A stretch of DNA of 64,000 bases from Alphaproteobacteria bacterium (GTDB lineage Bacteria > Pseudomonadota > Alphaproteobacteria > UBA2966). The notes beneath the pieces were generated by a model. That model was not told the DNA's origin and searched no databases. It saw only the letters and a program-made list of their open reading frames with translations. Made by a program: the position numbers and the translations under genes. Location: contig OZ219856.1 in assembly GCA_964291395.2 (NCBI GenBank), forward strand, positions 1,344,001-1,408,000, written 5' to 3'. Positions 38,426 through 48,452 of the stretch are shown piece by piece; position 1 is the first letter of the stretch, and the number at the start of each line of letters is the position of its first letter.

Positions 38426-39224
38426 ACGTGTGTCCAGTGAACTCTTCCAACGTGTGGTCGCCGCGACAATCCTCATTCCCGTCGCTTTGGCAGCTGTCTA
38501 TTTCGGGGGTTGGGCGTTCTCGCTCCTTGCGGCGATTGCAGTCACTCTCATGATATGCGAATGGGAGCCCGTTACGGGTGGAGAGCGGACAGGACGCCAC
38601 ACATTAGTTGGGATCATTACGGCGCTCGCCGCCTTGTCGGTTGTTTCGTTCGGCAGCTTCCAATGGGCCCTGATCCTCATTGGAGCCGGGACATTCGTCG
38701 ATCTCGTCGTCCCCCGAAAGGACGGCAAGTATTCTCGCTGGCCGGCGGTCGGCCTGATCGCCATCGGTATACCCGCCGTTTGCCTGGTATGGCTGAGAGG
38801 CGCCAGCGAGGGGATGACGGTGATCGTATGGCTGCTGGTCGTGTTGTGGGCGACGGACAGCGGCGCCTATTTCGTGGGCAAATGGATTGGTGGAGCACGT
38901 CTTGCACCGACGGTCAGCCCGGGCAAGACGTGGGCTGGTTTTGTTGGCGGCACAGGCGCCAGTGTCTTGGTCGGCGTGGCAACAGCGATCGTGTTACCGG
39001 ACATGTCGACGATCAGGGCAGTTTTGGCCAGTATCCTGGTTTCGTTGGCTGGACAGGGTGGTGACTTGGTGGTCTCTGCGGTGAAACGTCGATTCGGCGC
39101 AAAGGATATGGGCACTATCATTCCGGGGCACGGCGGAGTTCTCGATCGTCTGGATAGCCTGTTGTTTGGCGCCATGGCCGTGGTTGCGCTGGCCGTCGCA
39201 GGCGGAGGGACTGTGCCCCTATGA
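38418..39224 (+). CDS. cdsA: Phosphatidate cytidylyltransferase
   Basis: WATDSGAYFVG, VSPGKTW, KDMGTIIPGHGGVLDRLDS. Confidence 0.96.
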   Translation: MAERVSSELFQRVVAATILIPVALAAVYFGGWAFSLLAAIAVTLMICEWEPVTGGERTGRHTLVGIITALAALSVVSFGSFQWALILIGAGTFVDLVVPRKDGKYSRWPAVGLIAIGIPAVCLVWLRGASEGMTVIVWLLVVLWATDSGAYFVGKWIGGARLAPTVSPGKTWAGFVGGTGASVLVGVATAIVLPDMSTIRAVLASILVSLAGQGGDLVVSAVKRRFGAKDMGTIIPGHGGVLDRLDSLLFGAMAVVALAVAGGGTVPL

Positions 39225-40417
39225 CCGTGAAATCGTTAAATGCGGACGATGGGGTGCGAACGGTCACGGTACTCGGTTCGACGGGTTCGGTGGGTTGCAA
39301 CACGTTGGATCTGATCGCGCGGAGGCCCGACGAATATTCCGTTGAGACGCTCACAGCGAACACCAATTACGCGCTTCTGGCCGAGCAAGCGTTGCGGTTC
39401 GAGCCGGGACTCGCCGTGATCGCAAACAAAGATAAGTACTCGGAACTGAAGAGCGAACTGTCGGGAACGGGCATTCAGATAGAGGCGGGTCGGGATGCGC
39501 TCGTTGAAGCGGCGGCCCGCCCCGCCGAATGGGTTATGGCAGCCATTGTAGGTGCGGCGGGATTGGAGCCCACTCTGGCGGCGGCTCGACGCGGTGCCAT
39601 CGTCGCCCTCGCCAATAAGGAATGCCTTGTCAGCGCGGGACCGTTGTTGATGGAGGAAATCAGATCCAGTGGTGGAACCCTTCTTCCCGTGGATTCCGAG
39701 CACAATGCCATCTTTCAGGTGTTTGATTTCGAGCGCCGCGACGCGGTCGAACGAGTGATCCTAACGGCATCGGGTGGGCCGTTCAGAACACTTGAGCTTG
39801 AAGTAATGGGACGCGTAACTCCGGCGCAGGCAGTGGCGCATCCCACATGGGATATGGGAGCGAAGATTTCCGTCGATTCGGCAACGATGTTTAACAAGGG
39901 ACTTGAGCTGATCGAGGCCCATCAAATATTTCAGATTCCCGAAGACAGGATAGAGATTTTGGTTCACCCGCAGTCGGTCGTGCACAGCTTAGTCGCCTAC
40001 GTCGACGGTTCTGTCTTGGCGCAGCTCGGTATGCCCGACATGCGAACGCCCATTGCTTATACGCTGGGTTGGCCGTCGCGGATGCAAACGCCGGCAGCGA
40101 GGCTTGATCTCGCCGAATTGGGCCAACTCACGTTTGAGCGGCCCGACATGGACCGGTTTCCGGCATTGCGCTTGGCGAGGGAGGCGTTAAAACAAGGTGG
40201 GGCATCGCCGGCCGTCCTTAACGCAGCAAACGAAGTGGCGGTGGATGGATTTCTCAGCGGTTCATTGGGGTTCTTGAAAATTGCCGAGACCGTTGAACAT
40301 GTCTTGGCTGCGTTGGTCGGCAGGACCATACAGTCGCTGGAAGATGTGCTCGAAGTCGATCGTGAGGCTCGCGAAATTGCGCGTGAATGCGTGGGGCAGG
40401 GATACATTGATTCATAA
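39221..40417 (+). CDS. dxr: 1-deoxy-D-xylulose-5-phosphate reductoisomerase
   Basis: LGSTGSVG, LANKE, PVDSEHNA, HPTWDMGAKISVDSATMFNKGLE. Confidence 0.99.
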   Translation: MTVKSLNADDGVRTVTVLGSTGSVGCNTLDLIARRPDEYSVETLTANTNYALLAEQALRFEPGLAVIANKDKYSELKSELSGTGIQIEAGRDALVEAAARPAEWVMAAIVGAAGLEPTLAAARRGAIVALANKECLVSAGPLLMEEIRSSGGTLLPVDSEHNAIFQVFDFERRDAVERVILTASGGPFRTLELEVMGRVTPAQAVAHPTWDMGAKISVDSATMFNKGLELIEAHQIFQIPEDRIEILVHPQSVVHSLVAYVDGSVLAQLGMPDMRTPIAYTLGWPSRMQTPAARLDLAELGQLTFERPDMDRFPALRLAREALKQGGASPAVLNAANEVAVDGFLSGSLGFLKIAETVEHVLAALVGRTIQSLEDVLEVDREAREIARECVGQGYIDS

Positions 40418-40459
40418 GATGATGTGCATCGGAATTCTTCGGAGCAGAGGAGCGGCTGG

Positions 40460-41593
40460 ATGGAATTCTTGAGCGGCATTTGGACGTACCTGGTGTCGTT
40501 TCTTTTCGTGCTGACGGTATTGGTGTTTGTTCACGAGATGGGCCATTACCTCGTGGCGCGCTGGTGCGGTGTTGCTGTCGAGACCTTCTCCATTGGATTT
40601 GGCCGTGAAATCTGTCACTGGCGCGACTCCAAGGGCACACGGTGGCGCATCGGTTGGTTGCCGCTGGGAGGGTACGTGAAGTTTTTTGGGGACGCGGATG
40701 CCACCTCGGTACGGAGTACGCAGGAGGCGGAGCCTTCTAGAGAGCAACGAAAGGAATATTTTCAGGAGAAACCGTTGGGTGTGCGGACAGTGGTCGTGTC
40801 CGCCGGTCCTATCGCGAACTTCCTGCTTGCCGTGGTGCTCCTGGCCGGACTTTTCGCAGTTGTTGGACAGCCGTTCACGCCGCCCGTTGTCCAGGAAGTC
40901 ATCCCCGACACAGCAGCGGCATCGGCAGGATTTCGAGCCGGCGACAGGATTATCGAAATCGACGGTCAGGGTGTCGATCGATTTGAAGAGGTGCAGCAGC
41001 TCGTCATGACGAGTCCGGGTCGGCCGCTCGTTATGCTCGTGGCGAGGGAAAGCCGTCAGCTAGAACTGAACGTAACGCCGGGGGTACGGACGCTCACTGA
41101 TCGATTCGGTAATACACATGATGTTGGATTTCTGGGCGTTCAACGAAGTGGCGTTGACTTTATCCGCCATGACCCGCTGAGCGCGGTTTGGTACGCCGCA
41201 AAACAGACGTACACGTTCACCGTCATGACCTTGCGGTATGTCGGGCAAATGATCGTCGGATTGCGATCGCCTGACGACTTGCGTGGCCCCATCGGCATTG
41301 TGCAAATGTCGGGTCAAGCGGCCCAAATTGGAATAACTTCCGTCGTTCAGTTCATGGCCGTTCTTTCAATCAGCCTGGGACTGATCAACCTATTCCCCAT
41401 ACCCGTCTTGGACGGAGGCCACCTCTTGTTCTACGCATTCGAAGCTCTGCGGGGAAAACCGCTGGGCGAACGAGCACAGGAATATGGCTTTCGCGTTGGG
41501 CTGGCTCTGGTGGTGGGTCTTATGGTGGTGGCGACGTGGAACGACCTCGTACAATTGGAAGTATTCGAGTACGTGGTTCGGTTTTTCTCGTGA
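40460..41593 (+). CDS. rseP: RIP metalloprotease (site-2 protease)
   Basis: HEMGH zinc motif, PLGGYVK, single PDZ domain, NLFPIPVLDGG. Confidence 0.97.
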   Translation: MEFLSGIWTYLVSFLFVLTVLVFVHEMGHYLVARWCGVAVETFSIGFGREICHWRDSKGTRWRIGWLPLGGYVKFFGDADATSVRSTQEAEPSREQRKEYFQEKPLGVRTVVVSAGPIANFLLAVVLLAGLFAVVGQPFTPPVVQEVIPDTAAASAGFRAGDRIIEIDGQGVDRFEEVQQLVMTSPGRPLVMLVARESRQLELNVTPGVRTLTDRFGNTHDVGFLGVQRSGVDFIRHDPLSAVWYAAKQTYTFTVMTLRYVGQMIVGLRSPDDLRGPIGIVQMSGQAAQIGITSVVQFMAVLSISLGLINLFPIPVLDGGHLLFYAFEALRGKPLGERAQEYGFRVGLALVVGLMVVATWNDLVQLEVFEYVVRFFS

Positions 41594-43932
41594 TATCGGC
41601 GGTTCATCGAATTCTCTGCAGTTGCCGTGCCGTCGCGAAAGCGGCACTGATCGGCTCCCATTTACTGGTGTCGCTTCCCGCGATCGCTCAATCTGATACC
41701 TCGTTCGTCGTTGACGAAGTCTTCGTGCAAGGAAATCAGCGAGTCGAGGGAGACACGGTCCGATCGTACCTCGGGATCACCGTCGGAGATCGCATCGGCG
41801 CTTCGGCGATCAACGATGCTTTGAAAGCGCTCTATGCAACGGCGTTGTTTGCCGACGTCAACATTCGCAGGGAGAGTAACGCCCTCGTGGTCAGCGTGGT
41901 TGAGAACCCGATCATCAACCGGCTGGTGTTCGAGGGGAATCGCCGGATCAAGGATGAGGCCCTGGAGACCGAGGTTCAGCTTAGGCCGAGGATCGTTTAC
42001 ACGCGTTCACGCGTTCAGAGCGATGTCCAGAGAATCGTTCAGGTATATCGACGTAGCGGTCGGTTTGCCGCCACCGTCGAGCCTAAAGTCATTCAACTCC
42101 CTCAGAACCGTGTCGATCTCGTATTCGAAATCTCGGAGGGGCCGCTCACTGAAATCAGGAAGATAAACTTCATCGGCAATCGGGTTTTTCCCGACGGGCG
42201 TCTGCGATCGGTGATATCGACCAAAGAGGCCCGCTGGTACCGGTTTTTTACGTCGGCTGACAAATATGATCCGGATCGCCTGAATTTCGATCGTGAGCTT
42301 CTTCGGCGACATTATCTGGCAAATGGCTACGCGGATTTCCGCGTGATTTCCGCGGTTGCGGAACTGGCCCGAAATCGGGCCGACTTCTTCGTCACGATCA
42401 CCGTCGAGGAAGGAGAGCGCTACACCTTCGGAGATATCGACCTGTCCACCGAACTACGGGGGGTCGACCCCGAAACTCTGCGGCCATTGTTGACAACCAT
42501 TCAGGGCGAGACATACGACGCCGACAAGATCGAAGACTCTATCCAAGATCTGACGTTCGAACTCGGTCGGTTGGGCTATGCCTTTGTCGACGTGCGGCCG
42601 GAAATTGGTCGGGATCGTGAAGGCCGCCGGATATCCGTCAACTACCGCATCAACGAAGGGCCTCGTGTCTACGTCGATCGTATCGATATCGTCGGCAACG
42701 TTCGGACTCTGGATCGTGTGGTGAGGCGTGAAATGCGTCTGGCCGAAGGTGATGCATTCAACGCCGCCAAATTGCGCAGATCTCAGCAGCGAATACGTGG
42801 GTTGGGTTTCTTCCAAAAGGTCGAGGTCCAGGACGAAAAGGGTCTTCTCGACAGAAAGGCGTTGGGGGCCGCGGACGATACCTTTGCCGATGACCGGACC
42901 TCGATCACCATCGAGGTGGAGGAACAATCAACCGGAGAGCTTTCGTTCGGTGTCGGGTACTCTTCGAGCGATCAGGTCGGAGGGGAAGTCAGCATACGCG
43001 AGCGGAATCTGCTTGGGCGTGGACAGGACCTGCGCTTGGCACTGGCGATTTCCACGCGCCGTCAGGATATCGATCTCGCGTTCACCGAGCCCTATTTCCT
43101 GAACCGTGACCTGACCGCCGGATTCGACGTCTTCAATAGACAGCGGGATCTGGAAAACGCATCGTTCGACAGGGATTCCACGGGTTTTACCCTCCGCGTC
43201 GGATACCCGTTTGCCGAAAGGTTGCGGCATGCCGTCCGCTACACGTTTCGCATTGATCGCATTGAGGACGTCGACGAGGATGCATCCCGTTTCATTCAGG
43301 ATCAGAAGGGGACACGGCTCACGTCCTCAATCGGACATACCGTCCTATACGATCTGCGCGACAGCCGCTTCTTCCCAACAGAGGGCTACGTCGTCCGATT
43401 AGCCCAGGATTTGGCGGGCCTGGGTGGAGACGTTCGTTACCTCCGGCACAAACTCAATTCTGCCTACCACCGGCGTTTGTGGCGCGAATGGGTTGGAACG
43501 CTGGCGCTGGAAGGGGGGCATATCCTGGGGCTCGGTGAGCGGGTCAGTCTCTCCGACCGGTTCTTCCTCGGAGGTAATTCCTTCCGCGGGTTCGCCTTTG
43601 GCGGTGTCGGCCCCCGTGATACGCGCACGCTCGACTTTCTCGGTGGTACTGTTTATTACGTAGGTACTGCCGAGGTTTCCGCTCCGCTAGGCACTCTCCG
43701 GGAACTCGGGGTTTTCGGCAGTTTGTTCACGGAAATAGGTAGCCTTGCGGATCCGGACCTGGACTCCAAAGAGAACGTGTTTGACGTTGCTAAGCCCAGG
43801 ATTTCGTCGGGATTCGGCTTCTCATGGCGTTCGCCGTTAGGTCCTATTCGCGCGGACTTCGCGTGGGCCTGGAGAAAGGAACGGTTCGATCGCGGCGAAG
43901 TTTTCAGATTCAGCTTCGGCACTAGGTTCTAA
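41590..43932 (+). CDS. bamA: Outer membrane protein assembly factor BamA
   Basis: POTRA repeats (GNQRVE, GNRRI, GNVRTLD), FRGF loop 6, C-terminal FRFSFGTRF; start at GTG 41590 is uncertain. Confidence 0.97.
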   Translation: MISAVHRILCSCRAVAKAALIGSHLLVSLPAIAQSDTSFVVDEVFVQGNQRVEGDTVRSYLGITVGDRIGASAINDALKALYATALFADVNIRRESNALVVSVVENPIINRLVFEGNRRIKDEALETEVQLRPRIVYTRSRVQSDVQRIVQVYRRSGRFAATVEPKVIQLPQNRVDLVFEISEGPLTEIRKINFIGNRVFPDGRLRSVISTKEARWYRFFTSADKYDPDRLNFDRELLRRHYLANGYADFRVISAVAELARNRADFFVTITVEEGERYTFGDIDLSTELRGVDPETLRPLLTTIQGETYDADKIEDSIQDLTFELGRLGYAFVDVRPEIGRDREGRRISVNYRINEGPRVYVDRIDIVGNVRTLDRVVRREMRLAEGDAFNAAKLRRSQQRIRGLGFFQKVEVQDEKGLLDRKALGAADDTFADDRTSITIEVEEQSTGELSFGVGYSSSDQVGGEVSIRERNLLGRGQDLRLALAISTRRQDIDLAFTEPYFLNRDLTAGFDVFNRQRDLENASFDRDSTGFTLRVGYPFAERLRHAVRYTFRIDRIEDVDEDASRFIQDQKGTRLTSSIGHTVLYDLRDSRFFPTEGYVVRLAQDLAGLGGDVRYLRHKLNSAYHRRLWREWVGTLALEGGHILGLGERVSLSDRFFLGGNSFRGFAFGGVGPRDTRTLDFLGGTVYYVGTAEVSAPLGTLRELGVFGSLFTEIGSLADPDLDSKENVFDVAKPRISSGFGFSWRSPLGPIRADFAWAWRKERFDRGEVFRFSFGTRF

Positions 43933-43938
43933 GTGGAA

Positions 43939-44502
43939 ATGCATCGGAAAGTCGTTTTAGCGCTGGCGAAGTGCATGTTTGTCCTTTGGGTTGGGCTTCC
44001 TGGTGTCTTGGCGGCGCAGGGCCTCCCAGGAACGGTGGCCGCCGTGATCGATTTTCAACAGCTCGAACGGGATGCGCTTGCCGCGAAGAATATTCGCGCT
44101 CAGGTCGAGACCTATCGTTCGCAGTATGCGGCTATCATCAGCCAGGAAGAGGAGCAACTCCGCCAACAGGAGCAGGAACTCAAGCGGCAGCGTGCCATCC
44201 TGTCTCCCGAGGCATTCGCACAGCGCCGAAGGGAGTTCGAAGACAACGTCGCGAGCCTCCAGCGTCAGGTACAGAACCGCACGAGACGTCTCGAGCGCAG
44301 CATCGAGACCGCGTTGGCTACGGTAAACAAGGTTCTCGGTCCAATCATCAAGGACCTCTCTGCTGAGTTTGGCTTCACCCTCGTTCTCGACAAGCGTCAA
44401 GTGCGTTATGTGGACGATCGGTTCGACATCACGCCGATCGTATTGCAACGCTTGGACGAGCGATTGCCCCAGGTCACGGTTCCACCGCCTGAAGGCGAAT
44501 AA
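43939..44502 (+). CDS. skp: OmpH/Skp outer-membrane chaperone
   Basis: Signal peptide, AVIDFQQL, long coiled coil, [11 protein letters not shown]; lies between bamA and lpxD. Confidence 0.88.
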   Translation: MHRKVVLALAKCMFVLWVGLPGVLAAQGLPGTVAAVIDFQQLERDALAAKNIRAQVETYRSQYAAIISQEEEQLRQQEQELKRQRAILSPEAFAQRRREFEDNVASLQRQVQNRTRRLERSIETALATVNKVLGPIIKDLSAEFGFTLVLDKRQVRYVDDRFDITPIVLQRLDERLPQVTVPPPEGE

Positions 44503-45536
44503 TGGCCGATCCGCGTTTTTACTCGTCCAGCGGACCGTTCTCACTCAAAGCTCTCGCCGAATTGAGCGGAGCCAAGCTCAACACCGGTGCCGACTCAGGT
44601 GTGATGATCCGGGATGTGGCTCCTCTGGAACGCGCCCGTCCTGAAGAGCTTTCGTTCTTGGACAATGTCAAATACTTGCAATCCTTTCAGGATAGTGAGG
44701 CAGGCGCATGCATCGTGCGGTCACGGCACGTAGATCGTGCCCCGCATGGCATGGCGCTTCTGATTTCGGAAAATCCTTACAGAGCCTATGCCTTGGTGGC
44801 GCAGGCTTTTTATCCTGTGCTCCCGTCGTCCGGTCGGATTTCGTCGTCGGCGAATGTCGCGCAAACCGCCGAGATCGGGACTGGAAGCGAGATTTCGCCG
44901 GGTGCCGTGGTCGGTGAGTATGTGCGGATCGGTGCGAACTGCCGCGTCGATGCGAATGCCGTTGTCGGCCCGGGAGTGGAGATCGGCGATGCGACTGTCA
45001 TTGGTGCGAGCGTTTCCCTCAGCCACAGCATCATCGGCGCTCGCGTGACCATTCATCCGGGGGCGCGGATCGGCCAGGATGGATTTGGTTTAGCGATTGA
45101 TCCGGCGGGACACGTCAAAGTGCCGCAACTGGGCCGGGTCCTCATTCATGATGATGTGGAAATCGGTGCAAACACGACGATTGATCGGGGAAGCGGTCCG
45201 GATACGGAGATTGGGGCGGGATGTTGGATAGACAATCTCGTTCAGATCGCCCACAACGTCACGCTCGGAGAAGGGTGCGTGATCGTCGCGCAGGCGGGGG
45301 TCTCTGGAAGTACGAAATTGGAGCGTCAGGTGATGGCTGGGGGTCAGTCAGGTTTCGCTGGACATCTGACCATTGGTGCCGGCGCGCGCGTGGCGGCGAA
45401 GTGCGGCGTCATACAGGACGTGCCTGCGGGCGCAACGATCGGTGGCACACCTGCGCAACCGATTCGGGACTGGCATCGCCAGACCGTGCTGTTGCGGCGC
45501 ATGGTTCGGGAAAAGGGAAAACGGAGTGATGGCTGA
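44502..45536 (+). CDS. lpxD: UDP-3-O-acylglucosamine N-acyltransferase
   Basis: MADPRFY, hexapeptide repeats, [27 protein letters not shown]. Confidence 0.98.
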   Translation: MADPRFYSSSGPFSLKALAELSGAKLNTGADSGVMIRDVAPLERARPEELSFLDNVKYLQSFQDSEAGACIVRSRHVDRAPHGMALLISENPYRAYALVAQAFYPVLPSSGRISSSANVAQTAEIGTGSEISPGAVVGEYVRIGANCRVDANAVVGPGVEIGDATVIGASVSLSHSIIGARVTIHPGARIGQDGFGLAIDPAGHVKVPQLGRVLIHDDVEIGANTTIDRGSGPDTEIGAGCWIDNLVQIAHNVTLGEGCVIVAQAGVSGSTKLERQVMAGGQSGFAGHLTIGAGARVAAKCGVIQDVPAGATIGGTPAQPIRDWHRQTVLLRRMVREKGKRSDG

Positions 45537-46008
45537 GGGCGGCATGGCAGCGAAGGAACTGGGTGTGGCGGAAATTCTCCGAGTCATGGAGATGATCCCG
45601 CACCGGTTTCCCATGCTCATGGTGGACAAGGTTATCGACATGGTGCCTGACCAGTCCGCGATCGGAATCAAGAACATCACTATCAATGAGCCACATTTTC
45701 AGGGACATTTCCCCCAGCGTCCCGTCATGCCGGGCGTCATGATCGTTGAGGCAATGGCACAAACGGCGGCGGTTCTCGTGGTTCACACATTGGGGGGAGG
45801 CGCCGAAGGGAAACTCGTCTACTTCATGGCGATAGAAAACGCTCGCTTCAGGAAACCCGTTGGTCCGGGCGATACCATGCGCATTCACGTAACGAAACGG
45901 CAGAGCCGCGGCAACGTGTGGAAATTCTCCGCCGAGGCGAGGGTCGATGACGCCATTGTCGCCGAGGCGACTTACACCGCCATGATCATGAACGATCAGG
46001 ACGACTGA
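45529..46008 (+). CDS. fabZ: 3-hydroxyacyl-ACP dehydratase
   Basis: [31 protein letters not shown]. Confidence 0.98.
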   Translation: MAEGGMAAKELGVAEILRVMEMIPHRFPMLMVDKVIDMVPDQSAIGIKNITINEPHFQGHFPQRPVMPGVMIVEAMAQTAAVLVVHTLGGGAEGKLVYFMAIENARFRKPVGPGDTMRIHVTKRQSRGNVWKFSAEARVDDAIVAEATYTAMIMNDQDD

Positions 46009-46811
46009 TGGCTGCTCGAATACACGAAACGGCCATCGTGGAGGACGGAGCGAGACTCGGTGAGGACGTTGTTGTCGGGGCGTATTCATGTGTCGGTCCC
46101 GATGTCGAATTGGGCGACGGTGTTGAAATCAAATCCCATGTCGTCGTGGCCGGCTCGACCCGCGTCGGTCAGGGCTGCCGGATGTTCCCCTTCGCCTCAA
46201 TCGGTCAACAGCCGCAAGATCTGAAATATCGCGGAGAGCCGTCACGTCTCGAAATCGGCGAGAACAACACAATCCGTGAGTACGTCACCATGAACCCGGG
46301 TACCAAGGGCGGCGGCATGGTTACCCGTGTGGGAAACGGTTGCGCGTTCATGGTGGGAGCACACGTTGCCCACGACTGTATTATCGGTGATAGCGTGATA
46401 ATGGCGAATTACGCTTCTCTCGGGGGGCACGTCTGCGTGGGCGATCATGCGATCATCGGCGGACTCGCGGCCGTTCATCAGTTCGTCCGGATCGGTCCAC
46501 ATGCCATGATCGGCGGTATGTCGGGTGTCGAAAACGACGTCATACCCTATGGCTCGGTCATGGGTGATCGTGCGGCGCTTTGCGGTTTGAATATCATTGG
46601 GCTGAAGCGCCGAGGATTCTCGCGAGCCAGCATACGAAGCATGCGGGACGCATACCGCCAACTGTTCGAGCCCCAAGGGACTCTCAAGCAACGCGTGGCG
46701 CACGTGGGGACTGCTTTCGCCGAAACACCGGAAGTCATCGACATCGTGAACTTTTTGGCCGGTGAATCGATTCGATCATTCTGTTTGCCGCGGGAGAATC
46801 GTGGCTCCTAA
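46008..46811 (+). CDS. lpxA: UDP-N-acetylglucosamine O-acyltransferase
   Basis: Hexapeptide repeats, PQDLKY, HVAHDC, VHQFVRIG. Confidence 0.98.
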   Translation: MAARIHETAIVEDGARLGEDVVVGAYSCVGPDVELGDGVEIKSHVVVAGSTRVGQGCRMFPFASIGQQPQDLKYRGEPSRLEIGENNTIREYVTMNPGTKGGGMVTRVGNGCAFMVGAHVAHDCIIGDSVIMANYASLGGHVCVGDHAIIGGLAAVHQFVRIGPHAMIGGMSGVENDVIPYGSVMGDRAALCGLNIIGLKRRGFSRASIRSMRDAYRQLFEPQGTLKQRVAHVGTAFAETPEVIDIVNFLAGESIRSFCLPRENRGS

Positions 46812-47631
46812 GCTGGGCATCCTGGCCGGAGGCGGTGAACTTCCGATCAGGCTGGTAGAGGTTTGCCGTGCAACGGGTCGGGATGTCTTCGCCGTCGCGT
46901 TCAACGGCGAATCAAACCCTGACGCCGTGAAGGACGTACCTCACGTATGGCTCGATCTCGGCGCCGTCGGAGGCGTGATACAAGCGTTGAAAGAAGCGGA
47001 TTGTCGAGACGTTGTCCTGGCAGGGCCGATCCGGCGACCCAAGCTGACATCGTTGCGGCTCGACGGGCGTGGCGCAATGATGCTGCCGAAACTTCTCCGC
47101 GCGCGCGGCGATGATGCTTTGCTCACTGTCGTGATCAACGAGCTTGAAGGCGAGGGGTTCAATGTGATTGCGGTCGACGACGTGTTTTCCGATCTCTTGG
47201 CGGCGGAGGGCACCCTTGGTGCCCGTCAGCCAGATGACGGTGAATGGGAAGATGTCGTGCGTGGCATCGAAGTGGTTCAAGCCATTGGCGCAATCGATGT
47301 TGGTCAAGCCGCCGTCGTTCACAATGGATACGTTCTCGGTGTCGAGGCGGCCGAAGGAACCGATGCCTTGATCGATCGGACGGCTTCCCTCAGGTGCGAT
47401 GACCGGGGAGGCGTTCTCGTCAAGCTGAAAAAGCCGAGTCAGGATCGGCGCGCCGACCTGCCCGCTATCGGAGTTGGGACGATCGAACGCGCCTCGGCAG
47501 CAGGACTTGCGGGAATCGCGGTGGAGGCGGGTGAAACGATTATTCTGAGCCGTGGTGAGGTGATCGAAGGCGCGGATGCCGCCGAACTATTCTTGGTCGG
47601 GGTCGTTGTAACGGGTGCGGGTAGCGAATAG
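46801..47631 (+). CDS. lpxI: UDP-2,3-diacylglucosamine diphosphatase LpxI
   Basis: LGILAGGGELP, GDDALL, DVGQA, EAAEGTD, QDRRADLPAIG. Confidence 0.93.
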   Translation: MAPKLGILAGGGELPIRLVEVCRATGRDVFAVAFNGESNPDAVKDVPHVWLDLGAVGGVIQALKEADCRDVVLAGPIRRPKLTSLRLDGRGAMMLPKLLRARGDDALLTVVINELEGEGFNVIAVDDVFSDLLAAEGTLGARQPDDGEWEDVVRGIEVVQAIGAIDVGQAAVVHNGYVLGVEAAEGTDALIDRTASLRCDDRGGVLVKLKKPSQDRRADLPAIGVGTIERASAAGLAGIAVEAGETIILSRGEVIEGADAAELFLVGVVVTGAGSE

Positions 47632-47737
47632 AACTTCTATGGGCCATGCACTGCGGTGGTTCGCCGAACTTCCATAGAATCGAGACCGTCCGGCGCGAGA
47701 AACTTGGGAAATGGCAATGGGGAAAGGTTTAGCAACG

Positions 47738-48136
47738 ATGTCAGATAATTTTCGGCTGATGCACACCATGATCCGGGTCAAGGATCAGGACAAGGCAATC
47801 GATTTCTACACCCGCCTGCTTGGCATGAAGGTGCTTCGCCAGAGCGACAACGAAGTCGGCAAATACACGAACACGTTTCTCGGCTACGGAGACGAGGATA
47901 CCAGTACGGTTCTCGAACTGACGTACAACTGGGGCCAAGAGGAGCCCTATGAGCTGGGGCGGGCTTACGGCCATGTGGCTGTTGGCGTCCCCGACGTCGC
48001 CGCGACTTGCGAAGCCCTCGAGCAGGAAGGTGTGCCCGTCCCTAGACCGGCAGGACCTGTCAAGGGCGGGACGACCGTTATCGCCTTTATCAAGGATCCG
48101 GACGGGCGCTCGGTGGAGTTGATCCAGACGGGTTAG
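47738..48136 (+). CDS. gloA: Lactoylglutathione lyase (glyoxalase I)
   Basis: Four metal-ligand motifs: LMHTMIRV, LELTYNW, YGHVAVGV, DPDGRSVELI. Confidence 0.95.
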   Translation: MSDNFRLMHTMIRVKDQDKAIDFYTRLLGMKVLRQSDNEVGKYTNTFLGYGDEDTSTVLELTYNWGQEEPYELGRAYGHVAVGVPDVAATCEALEQEGVPVPRPAGPVKGGTTVIAFIKDPDGRSVELIQTG

Positions 48137-48156
48137 GCTGGTCGCCGATCGGCCAT

Positions 48157-48183
48157 GGCGGTTCAAATTGGGTTTGAACCGCC
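48157..48183. repeat. REP-like palindrome, copy A1
   Basis: GGCGGTTCAAA-TTGGG-TTTGAACCGCC. Confidence 0.75.
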
Positions 48184-48200
48184 GCAGGGCCGTGACGCGA

Positions 48201-48220
48201 CCTGCCGGATGTCCGGCGGG
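48201..48220. terminator. GC hairpin between convergent gloA and small ORF
   Basis: CCTGCCGGA-TG-TCCGGCGGG; no U tract. Confidence 0.35.
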
Positions 48221-48246
48221 CCCGTGCGGGCGGCAAGGAATGCTGG

Positions 48247-48273
48247 AGCGGTTCCAGTCAAGCTGGAACCGTT
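48247..48273. repeat. REP-like palindrome, copy B1
   Basis: AGCGGTTCCAG-TCAAG-CTGGAACCGTT. Confidence 0.75.
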
Positions 48274-48382
48274 AGGTCAGCAACCAGAAGAGTGTTGCTC
48301 CGACGGCCGCGATCACGGACAAAAGCACGCTGAAACGCCGCGGGTGCCGACGATTGTCATTGGCGGCCCCACCGATCGTCAT
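48272..48382 (-). CDS. Putative 36-aa single-pass membrane peptide with AANDN motif (not in the ORF track)
   Basis: Manual translation MTIGGAANDNRRHPRRFSVLLSVIAAVGATLFWLLT*: basic patch followed by a 20-residue hydrophobic helix; no clear SD. Confidence 0.5.
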   Translation of the reverse strand: MTIGGAANDNRRHPRRFSVLLSVIAAVGATLFWLLT

Positions 48383-48452
48383 GCGGCAGTGCCGAGGCGC
48401 GCTTTCGGCGCCCGATAATTCCCCCGCTCCGTTTTGGGGCTGCGGTTCCAAA

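Noticed and set aside
48157-48273. Mini-CRISPR array formed by neighbouring palindromes
   Set aside because: Copies are non-identical, dispersed and irregularly spaced, and there are no cas genes
48155-48418. 87-aa plus-strand ORF after gloA
   Set aside because: It runs through two repeats and a hairpin with no SD or domain; the minus-strand peptide is the better candidate
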